A DNA stretch of 63,832 nucleotides, the filler included, from Kipferlia bialata (taxonomy: Eukaryota): assembly GCA_003568945.1 (NCBI GenBank). It is 7 parts of 7 records of this genome, joined end to end, with 100 filler letters (N's around TTAATTAATTAA, not from the genome) between each part and the next. Parts side by side here need not be neighbours in the genome. Positions count along the whole stretch, not along the records: positions 44,485 to 55,494 come from BDIP01001313.1; positions 55,595 to 60,738 come from BDIP01001324.1; positions 60,839 to 63,832 come from BDIP01001358.1; 4 more parts are not named here. One strand, 5' to 3'. The notes beneath the pieces were generated by a model. The model saw only the letters and a program-made list of their open reading frames with translations, was not told the DNA's origin and did no database searches. Both the position numbers and the translations under genes were made by a program. Below, one piece after another: positions 50,746-63,832 of this stretch (the stretch's first letter is position 1; every line of letters starts with the position of its first letter).

Positions 50746-51838
50746 CTACACTAGAGGCTCCTCGATGCTGACGCTGTACAGGGTGGATGGCTCCTTGTTA
50801 CCTGAGAGGTTAGAAGCATGCAGTATCGGAAGAGAATAGTACTGAGTGCGGTGTAGAGCGAGAGTATATGTAGATATATATGATTGATTATGTACAGAGG
50901 AACTCACCCCGGTCCACGAATGCACACATACTGTATACATACATAGTATAGAGTAAATGTATATACACAGCAGAGTATAGAGTACATGTATATATACACA
51001 TGTGATCTCACCCCCGTGCACGTATGCCATCCCCAGCCCGTCCTCCCCCACCATCATGTTCAGACTCTCCCCATAGCAGGGCACCATACCAGGCCACTTA
51101 GCCCACTTCCCTACCAGGGTGTCATACACAGTGTAGGGCAGCACGTCACGGCGGATAACCTTGTGCTTGGGGGACAGGACGAGGTACCTGCCCACTTGGG
51201 TCCAAGGGGTATCAAAGAGTGCGGTGTACAAACTGGTGTCATCGTAATCGACACTCCACCCCTTCTCCTGAGTGTATGTGTGCCGGAGATGGGAATCGTA
51301 TATCACTGCCGAGTCTCCTAGCATAACTACACGGCCATCTCCGTCGTTGTGCCCGTTCATCCTTGGGTTGTTGACATGGGGGAGGCGGATTCCAGTCTCT
51401 CTGGTCCAGGAGTCCGTCTCAGCATCATACACCGACATGGATACTCCCCTGTCAGTGTCGTAGTCCAGTAGATAGAGGCGGTCATCGATGGTGAAGTGCG
51501 CACAGAGATAGAAGGGGTCTCTCCACCCGGCTCCGAGCTTCTTGTAGCGCCACTCATGGGTGTCTAGCCGGAATGTGATGTAATAGGTAGTAGAGCGTAT
51601 GTCGGAGGAGGCGTAAGCCTTGCTAACGAAGACTACAACTCCACACAACAGTACCCCGGGGTAACACCTATTCAGAAGTTCGTAACTGAGGGAGGATGGC
51701 CACAAATGGTCCTGGAAACCCTCAGTGACAGGGATTGTCTTCACCTCGACCGAACAGGACTGGTTAGTGAACCTAAGGTGAACACGGATACCCAGAAGTA
51801 TATATATATGTGAATGTGACTCTAACTGAGAGTGCCAT
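50746..51838 (-). CDS. Kelch-like beta-propeller protein (paralog family)
   Basis: FRLDTHEW, FTIDDRLYL, VYDAETDSW, VGRYLVL and VYDTLVGKW. Short introns near both ends. Confidence 0.7.
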
Positions 51839-52147
51839 AGGATATAGGCACAACAACAAAGAGAAGTGTAGAATACCGTTGCTGCGGTTACCGCGCACAA
51901 GTACAAGTATATAATGTTGCGTATATAGCGTATGGTGGGGCCGATAGCACACAGATAAAACTGAAAATCCACAGATCATTACTGAAAACCCAGAGTCTTC
52001 TAAGTATACTGATACTATTGCCTTCTTTGTCAGAATTAGCAACTGTCAAATAGTAATTGTCAATCAGAATTAGAAATTAGTTACCTGGACAATGCGCTTG
52101 AGTGGACCGAAAGGGCCTCTGTTCCCTTATCGGTTGACATCTTCTCA

Positions 52148-53456
52148 TCAGAAGCCCAGAGTATCCTGTCCTCTCCTAGCTGTGAGAAAAGGGTGTAGAG
52201 AATGTGTGAGAGAGTACTTGCCTAGCCATGAGAGAAAGGGTGTAGAGGGAGAGAAGGACTACTTGCCTAGCTACAACTAATTAGGTGGAAAGAGAGAGAG
52301 AGAGTACTTGCCGAGGTATGAGAGAAACAGTAAAGAGTGAGAGACATAGCACTTGAATAGCCATGCAAATGGGCTGTAGAGTGTGTGAGTGAGTACTAGA
52401 AGAGAGAGAGAGAGAGAGCACTTGCCTAGCCATGCCACTGGGCTGTACCCACTCAAGGGGTGGCCGGTCTGGGGGATGGAGACGGGAGAGAGAGTGACAG
52501 GGACCTGGGTTAACAGGTAGAGAGAGAGAGAGAGTGATAGGGATCTCAGAGCCAAGAGAAGGCTGGGGGGGGCATTCAACTTGATATCAAACCTATGGTG
52601 TCTCCCATTTACACCACAACAGTTGAACGAACAATAGAGCAGTAAAGAATAGCGAGTGTCATAGTAGTCAAGAATAGTCAAGAATAGTGGATTCTTATTT
52701 AGAAGAGTCAAGCAATAGAGAGTACCCACCTCACTTCCACACCAGTCGGCATGGTTCTGGAGAACACCATCCACAACCTGATATATCAGATATATATATG
52801 GGAGAGAGAGAGAGAGAGAGAGAGAGAGCACCATCCACAACCTAACATGAGAGAGAGAGGGTGGGAGCGTGGAGCGACCATCCACCTGATATCAGATATA
52901 TAAAAATGGGAGAGAGAGGGAGAGAGAGAGAGAGAGAGAGCACCATCCACAACCTAACATGAGAGAGAGAGAGGTGGGAGGGACATCCACCTGATATGTA
53001 TATATATAGAGAGAGAAAGGGAGAGAAAGAGACAGGGGGTGATGTACACACACATATATATATACATTCACCTGCTTTGAGACCTTGTATATACTAACCC
53101 CTATCATTGCATACCATATTCATCTATCTATCTATGTATATATATAAATATCATAAATACTTACNNNNNNNNNNNNNNNNNNNNNNNNNNNNNNNNNNNN
53201 NNNNNNNNTAAATACTTACACACCTTCTGCTTTGAGACCTTGTATATACTAACCCCTATCATTGCATACCATATTTATCTATCTATCTATCTATCTAGAT
53301 ACATTATAGAATATATATACACCTTCTGCTTGGAGACCTTGTATGTCCCATTCTTGGAGCATGTGACAGCATAGACACACTGCCTACAGAAGGCACACTC
53401 GAGGCACTTGGCCTTCTCTACTGTAAGGTATACATCAATGGTGTAATACTGATTTC

Positions 53457-53498
<42 letters not shown>

Positions 53499-53937
53499 CC
53501 TCCAGAAGGCACACTCGAGGCACCTGGCACTATCTGCTGTTAGATATCAATGATATACTACCAGTATCATAGAGAGAGAGAGAGAGAGAGAGAGACTGCC
53601 TACAGAAGGCACACTCGAGGCACTTGGCCCTCTCTACTGTTAGATACACCTCAATGGTGTATATTTGAAATCAGAGAGAGAGAGTACAGAACGTACACTC
53701 AAGGTACCCTACATACCTCTCTTGACCCACTCTCTGTCCGACCCCTCATTCACAGCGGCCAACAACTCATCCCAGGACCCAAAGGCCTTCTTGATTAGTC
53801 TAGGTAGGTCTTGATAAGTCTATATATGTCTAGATAAGTTTCAATAGTAATGAGTCTGGACAAGCCTTGATAACCTTCTTGATAAGCCGGATAGGCATCC
53901 CAGTGGGGCTATCCGGTGCCTTCACAGCACGAGCCAT
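52148..53937 (-). CDS. Small protein with a WRKY/GCM1/MULE-type zinc-finger-like DNA-binding domain (3' end uncertain)
   Basis: Spliced KAFGSWDELLAAVNE...KCLECAFCRQCVYAVTC...YKV...NHADWC follows the F.S..E...A / C..C / H...C layout of MuDR/FAR1 DNA-binding domains. Confidence 0.5.
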
Positions 53938-54104
53938 CACGTGGTCGCCTCAAGATAGCTGTGAAGCGTAGTAGAGTAGCATATAGACTGGTGATACGTT
54001 TTTTGGCAGATCAACCCCTTTCATAGGGGAAAAACAGCATCGAGATAAGGGGCCAGTCTCTGACCTAGCATAATGTGAGTCACTATCTGTTCTCTCGTAT
54101 CACT

Positions 54105-54317
54105 ATGATAGACATCACAGTCGAGCTGCTGTACGTGGTATTGTGCAGTAGTGTTAGTGGAAGATAATATATGTGGGAGTGTTTCGGCAGGGTGGAGTGA
54201 GTAGTCCCCTGTACTACTCATTCCACACACACACTCTCTCTCTCCTTGATTCTCACCTCAGGGGAGGCTTTGAGTCCTATGCCTCTGATGCTGTGCTCAG
54301 TCTGAATGTGGACCCAG
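54105..54317 (+). CDS. URM1/MoaD-like ubiquitin-fold protein, N-terminal two exons (54105-54130, 54262-54317)
   Basis: MIDITVELLGGFESYASDAVLSLNVDP resembles the Urm1 N-terminus (IxVEFxGG). The remainder is missing. Confidence 0.5.
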
Positions 54318-54452
54318 GTATAATAATGCTCTCTCTATCTCTCTCTCTCTGTCTCTGAAGGCTCTGTCTCTCCCTCCGCATCTGTCTTTCTCTGGCTGAA
54401 TGTGGATCCAGGTATATATGCCCCCCCCCCCCCCCCCCCCCCCTCACACTAG

Positions 54453-55436
54453 TACAGCCCTCATCGCTGCTGCCAACCCTGCCTGGGGCCGGTACAACCC
54501 CCAGAGGACAGCGGCAGAGAACATCAACCTGCCACCTGCCCTGCTGTCTAGGTATGGGTGTATACTATACATATTATGTATACATATATATACTATATGT
54601 ATATACTATTATATGTACTCTATAGGTTAGTAGTATCAACCTGCCACCTGCCCTGCTGTCTAGGTATGGTTGAATACTATACATATACTCTATGCATGTA
54701 CTATTATATATGTGCATATATATACTCTACAGGATAGTAGTATCAACCTGCCACCTGCCCTGCTGTCTAGGTATGGGAGTATACTATACATATACTATAT
54801 ACTGTATGAATATAATATTATATATGTGCAGATATATTCTCTATAGGTTAGTATCCTCAACCATGCCCTGCTGTCTAGGTAAGCATATGGGAGGCTGTCT
54901 TGTTAGGGTGATGTATTTCTAGACACAGACACACTCTCTCTATCTCTCTGTCTACCTGTATATATCTATGCATATCCCCCTCACCCCTAGGTTTGACCTC
55001 CTGTTTGTCATCAGACTCTCCCTCTCTCTCCCTCACCCTAGGTTTGACCTCCTCTTTGTCATCAGGGACATTGTGCAGTCGGCCAACGATGAGAGGTAAG
55101 TAATACATGTAATATGAATTGTGTATATATATGGGTACTATTACACATGTATACTCTATATATTATATACTGTATAGTATATATTCATTGTGCAGTCAGC
55201 CAACGATGAGAGGTACAGGTACACGATGTGCAAATACTATACTTCTATACCTTATTGTATTTCTTATATTATTAATACACTCTCATATATTAACCTAACC
55301 CCATGCTAGTCAGACACGTTGCCCATCTGCACATGCATCCCATATATATAGCACATACATACATATACATACATGGTTATGAATATATATATACCCACCC
55401 CAGGCTTGCTAGACACGTTTCCCATGTGCACATGCA

Positions 55437-55440
<4 letters not shown>
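54453..55440 (+). CDS. MCM7: MCM7 internal fragment; exons 54453-54551, 55042-55095, 55404 onward
   Basis: [42 protein letters not shown]...NDERLARHV covers sensor 1 and the SRFD arginine finger in the MCM7 pattern. Confidence 0.85.
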
Positions 55441-55481
<41 letters not shown>

Positions 55482-55669
55482 GTATATATATATANNNNNN
55501 NNNNNNNNNNNNNNNNNNNNNNNNNNNNNNNNNNNNNNTTAATTAATTAANNNNNNNNNNNNNNNNNNNNNNNNNNNNNNNNNNNNNNNNNNNNCACCCT
55601 CCTTTCACTCTTTCCCCCCCCCCCCCCCCCCATCCCCCTATCTATCTCTGCCCCCTCCCCTCACCCCAG

Positions 55670-56947
55670 CCTCACCGACATCTCCCGCACAATAGGGGGA
55701 CAGGAGGCAGGGGCACGGGCAGCAATCACGGCCAGGTACATACACGTGTATGTAGATATGTTTGTACTGATCCCTCAGATGACGGCCTACTGGTGTCCAC
55801 ACTGCACTGGTTTATTATCCCTGTCACTACCACAATCCCATACACCTAAATGACCATGTCCCCTCTAATGCCCAGGGAGAGAGAGGCTGAGAAGGAGGAG
55901 GAGAGAGAGAGCACAGGGCCGAGTGCTGAGGAGGAGTTGGCCAAGCACGTAGAGAGGGAAGAGGAGAGAGAGAAGGAGAGAGACAGAGAGAGAGAGGAGG
56001 AGAGCACTCGGGAGAAGTCTCTGCTCGAGCGGATTCAGTCGCTTGAGAGAGAGAGAGACACTCTAGTGAGTGAGAAGGAGTCTCTAGTGAGTGAGCGGGA
56101 CTCTCTTGTCGAAGACCTTGAGAGGGAGAGAGAGACAGCCAGTGCTAGGGAGGGAGAGAGAGAGAGAGAGTCCCAGGAGAAGGAGAGAGAGAGGCAGGCC
56201 ATCGAGTTGGAGTGTCAACAGCTGAGAGAGAGGGCCCTTACACCACCAGGTGGGTGCACTATATACGTTACTGTCCCTGGTCTGGTACACGGACATTCCC
56301 ACTTCTGCACCCTGTATAGAATGATATTGATGCTATTCAGTATATATGTATAGCGGTGATATACATAATGTTGTGTATGACCTGACAAGCAGATGTGTGT
56401 GGGCGCTGTTCCGGAGAGATAGCTACTCGTACCTTGACGAGCCGGGACTTGACCAGTCGGGACTTGGACACTGGAAGACTCGACGGTATGTGTCACAGTA
56501 CAGAGTGTGGGTTGTATGAGGGCGTATATAGATTCATATAGACTCATTGCCACATACTGGTAGATATTAAGATGCAGTGTTTCAGATACTATCGTATATG
56601 CATCCTTACCCGTTAGGCATCCACTCTCTGAAGGAGAGAGAGAGAGAGGACCCCTTCAATGAGTCAGGTGGGTGGTGTCTATGTATAATAGTATTGTACG
56701 TGTATACCCTGTCTTACCCTGGTGTCATGATCCAGTGCGACTACATACGACATACCGTGCAACATTTAATAGTGAGATCCGAGCCACTATGTATCGTCTC
56801 TGACCCCTTATAACCCTAGGCGTCATGATCCAGAGTGACAGTGAGGAGGAGGAGGAGAGAGACAGGGACAGCGTCCTCAATGCAGAGCCCTCTGGTCTCT
56901 CCTCTCTCTCTGCCTCTGGGCCTCTACCGATGGCACCCTTCTACCAG
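55670..56947 (+). CDS. Glu/Arg-rich coiled-coil protein fragment
   Basis: GA-rich exons encoding ER repeats and LVSEKES/LVSERDS heptads, with consensus splice sites. Confidence 0.55.
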
Positions 56948-57067
56948 GTATGCACACATGTATATATATACATATGTATAGATATATGTATAGATATATA
57001 AGGTATCATTCCACCAAGTACATATGCTTCATCTTCTCCATCTCTGTATTGTATTGTATTGTATGCA

Positions 57068-57098
<31 letters not shown>

Positions 57099-57106
57099 GG
57101 GGTTGT

Positions 57107-57156
<50 letters not shown>

Positions 57157-57824
57157 TGACTTGGTTGACTGCTAGTGTATAACAAGGACAATATACCCAT
57201 AAGACAGGATGCCCCGCTCTGCTATTCCCGCTGAATGAGCCTCTCCCCCCTTAGGTACAACATCAACTGATGACACATCTATACATCAGGTATATATATA
57301 TATATATATGCATTCAGACCACCCACCTGTCCACATGGCCCATCAGGCCAATGTTGACATTCAGCATGGGAGTAAGGACTCCTCCCCTTAGACGTTGGAG
57401 TTGGGGTGGATGAGAACAGTCGCAAGATGTCAGGCTCTAGGGATTTTGGCCCCTTTGTTTTTGGTGAGTATCTACGCGATTACGATATAGAATGACCAGC
57501 TGCGACAGCTCCATAATAGTCTCCCTTCTACTGCAACCCATCAATTCATCAAGTAAATGGGGTCAGGTGGTGTTGCTCATATATTTGAGCAGTGCTCATT
57601 GAGGACAGGCTATCCCGTATTCAGACCCCTCCCCATCGTGCACAGCTATCACTCATCGCCACTCTATTATCCCTCTCTCCGTCTACCTATCTCTCCCTCT
57701 CTGCCTCAATAGAGATACTACTCCCCACAATGGCGTGCACCTCTCTCATTCATTGTATCTCTACTATCCCTCTCGCATATCCCTTGTTGCATCACTGTAG
57801 ACACAAGACTTCATTCTCCGTAGT

Positions 57825-58918
57825 GCACCAGCATAGCACAGCTGTCCCCCATGTTGGCACTGGGCAGAGTGAGGGTGGAGGACGCCAGGTCAACCTGGGA
57901 ATGAGGGGGCACCTATACGTATATGGTAACCACCTTCATATATATATAAGAGGCTAGGTCAACCTGGGGGTGAGACGGAACAGGTATAGAGTCCCTACTG
58001 TACTTGTACTATATAACCCACCTCCACCACTGTCTCTGCCCCAATACACTGGGTACATGGGTGTATTAAATGCACATATACATATATTCAGTACTTGTCT
58101 ATACAACATGTCCTGTACATATATACATATATACCTCCACCACGGTGTGTGCCCCATACACTGGGTACATGGGTGTGTTTGATGCCGCTATGGACAGGTG
58201 GAGGGTGGTATCTGGCTGAAGAGACCAAGAGACAGTCCACAGGTCAAACTGGGTTAGGAAGGATATGGGTGGTTGTCATAATCTATAACCTTTCCACCCA
58301 CCTCGACCTGTATCCACTCCCCTGCCTCCACAGGTATGGCATCACCAGAGGCATGGGATACACGCTGCACACCCCTGGGAGTGAGATATATACAGTGATA
58401 TGTATATATGGGTATATGATGCACACCCCTGATGGGTGAGTGAATGTTTCAGGAGTATATGTAACGTGGATAGTCACACCCACCTTGCTATGAGTACACT
58501 CCCCCCCTCTGCGTCCACCTCACTCAGTGCCAGGTGGAGGTCAATGTCAGTGGGGGTGGAGAGACGGACCTGGGGTATAAGTCTCTTGGATCCATTGAAA
58601 GGCCAAATCCAAAGTAACACCCACACAATTCGATACCGTCATCTGTCCACTGGTGTATATGCCATACAGAAGAGCATTTAGTACAGAAGTAAAGAGTACC
58701 ATACAGATTACTCCATACCCTGACGGATGCTGTCATGTGTCCAAACAGAGTGGTCAGACCAGAAGGGGCTATGTACACATCGACCTGGGGGTTAGGACGG
58801 TAAAGGGTATAGGTGGACGTATGCATAGAGAGGGTGTCCATGTGAACACAGTGGGGTGTGACGGGTAGTTGTATAGTGTCTGTGTCTATGGTTTCCCACC
58901 TGATTGGGCAGGCCTGTC

Positions 58919-58949
<31 letters not shown>

Positions 58950-60634
58950 TACATATAGTATATAGAGTATGGCACCTATATCCTCCCACCTGATTGGCCA
59001 TGCCTGTCTCTACGTCTGTCTCAGTCTCAGTCTCAGTCTCAGTATCTCATATCCTATATGATACTGGTACTAATATAATCTCATACCTGATTGGGCACCC
59101 CTGTCTCTGTGTCTGTCACTGCTGGTGGTTGGGTCCAGGCACCACACGTCTCATAGCTAGGGGTGAGATAGAGAATATGATCCTACAATGTGTGTCGTGG
59201 TATAATTGAGTATACCACTTTGTGCACCTGAACGTGTTCCCCCCCACCGTGACCCTTGGCTGACTTGGGTTGTGACTGAAGGAGGCACGGGTCACACCGG
59301 CATGGATGGACAGGGGGAGGCGGACTGGGGTGAGAGATATGCGAACACCTCAAAACAAGAAGACATGAGTGTATCTTGAGCGAACAACAACACCGACGTC
59401 TTTGCAGAGATACTGCTCAAGGGGTACAAGATGGATGGGGCCTGTATCCCAATCGGTATATGTCTTGTAGTAACCCCCATTTGGAGTGTATGGTCTTGGA
59501 GTACCTGCCACATTGGTAGATGGTACCACTGTATATACATATATGGAGGTGCAGATATGGCTTGCCACCTGCTGTGTATGCGACGGGCCAGTCACACGTG
59601 TACCACTCCCTACCCACCCCATTGCCCAGGGAGTGCATCCAGATCTAGGGGGTAAGGGTACGTGTAGAAAGCTCTTGTGTTTCTAGGATAAGGGCTTTCG
59701 CCTCATGATAGGATTTTCTTACCTGCGCCTGTCTAATTGCTGGTGGGAATGACCCATTACTGAACTCAGCACTGAGATAGACAGCGCCAGCTGCCTGGGA
59801 GTGAGTAGATCACTACGACACCAAGATTGATAACTTAGAGTACAACGTCTATGTACCTGCACACACATGTCCAGTGTGATTAGGTCTATCAGCCCCCACT
59901 CAGTAACATCTCTGGACAGGGCAACCTGGGCAATGCAGCATAGGAGTGAGAGACGTGTAGCAAAACAGTATAGGTAGGGGAAGAGAGGGAGAAACAAATG
60001 ATGTTGGGCTATGGAGCATGGGAGTTAGGGGATATATGTGATGGAGAGTGTTGTATTGAAGAGGACTCTGATTAGGAGATGTCAGACTACACATGGATAC
60101 ACTAGAGAATGAGATGGCACGTACTTACCTAGGATCATATATATATATATATATATAGCATGTACCTAGGATCACATTGCCCAGGTAGAAGCCGAGAGCG
60201 GCACTGCCTGGGGTTGGGTGGGAGAGGCTAACACATAACTCTCCTATGACTCAGTGCTTGATTGATACCACCCACCCTCCGTCTGCTCCCCCTCCTCGTC
60301 GTGCACGCAGTGGCCCTGGGGTCAGACACCATAATAGATAGATATAGCAGATGGTTACGGAGGATTGGGTAATTCGCATACACCCATGTATATATACCCC
60401 CCCTCGTCGTGCATGCAGTGGCCCTGGGGAGTGAGAGGTATACCACACCTTAGAGGACATACTCTACACTGTGTAGACTGGGGTGCCCAGCTGGGCCAGC
60501 ACACACACATACACATATATATACATATATGTGTATACATATATATGTGCATAGCATACCCATACCCCGTAGTCCATGACCAGCCACGTGGCATCAGATA
60601 TCATGCGACTGGTGTTGTCTGGAATGAGACGCAT
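57825..60634 (-). CDS. Hypothetical multi-exon protein (model partly resolved)
   Basis: Series of GT/AG-bounded coding exons, for example GSAALGFYLGNVIL, AAGAVYLSAEFSNG and IWMHSLGNG. Confidence 0.45.
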
Positions 60635-61033
60635 AGGGAGTGTCATACAGTATGATAAACGCACACATACAGTATACATACAGTATATGTAGCATAGTCT
60701 TACCTCTATAGCACTCGAATGCCCCTATGGATGCATACNNNNNNNNNNNNNNNNNNNNNNNNNNNNNNNNNNNNNNNNNNNNTTAATTAATTAANNNNNN
60801 NNNNNNNNNNNNNNNNNNNNNNNNNNNNNNNNNNNNNNAACCGGTCCGTTGTGGAAATGCTCTTTGTAATACCCCTCAAACCCCCCCCCCCCCACACACA
60901 CACACCTATTATACCTAACCCCAGGCCACTCTGTGTCTGATGCCGTTGTGACTGTGCCATACACTATATATAATAATGACTGATATATATATATATATAT
61001 ATATAGTACGCTACATAGTATACCTAACCTTAG

Positions 61034-63810
<2,777 letters not shown>

Positions 63811-63832
63811 ACATATATATATATATATATAT

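Noticed and set aside
53370..53412. CxxCxxCxxC read as a 4Fe-4S ferredoxin motif
   Set aside because: The spacing lacks the CxxxCP ending, and the flanking residues fit a WRKY/MULE-type zinc finger better.

Overview
This window is not one locus. It is seven unrelated eukaryotic scaffolds (1-11030, 11131-22152, 22253-33272, 33373-44384, 44485-55494, 55595-60738, 60839-63832) joined by artificial 100-nt N/TTAATTAATTAA/N linkers. The genome is intron-rich, with short GT-AG introns, a branch point fused to the acceptor (YTNAC-N3-5-YAG), microsatellite-filled introns and compact intergenic spacers. It looks like a free-living metamonad such as Kipferlia (inference, not verified). Genes reconstructed by manual splicing include PGK, MCRS1-like, RPS14, two PH-domain proteins, a CLN3-like transporter, DCP2, a DnaJ protein, a long coiled-coil protein, a TehA/SLAC1 channel, Kelch-like proteins, a signal-peptide/multi-TM protein, a USP deubiquitinase, PDI, an MFS transporter, a WRKY/MULE-type zinc finger, URM1-like and MCM7 fragments, and mitochondrial-type Hsp70. 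The most striking unexplained signal is dozens of 'exon echoes': partial exon copies stacked inside the adjacent introns with fixed polarity (donor-end copies downstream, acceptor-end copies upstream). They differ from the live exon mostly at synonymous positions, which is not expected of dead intronic copies. Other finds are a hAT-type excision footprint frameshifting a gene, candidate GT-AT and GC-AG introns, an intron apparently born by tandem duplication, and a candidate AATAGA poly(A) signal. All gene models are manual and untested against RNA data.
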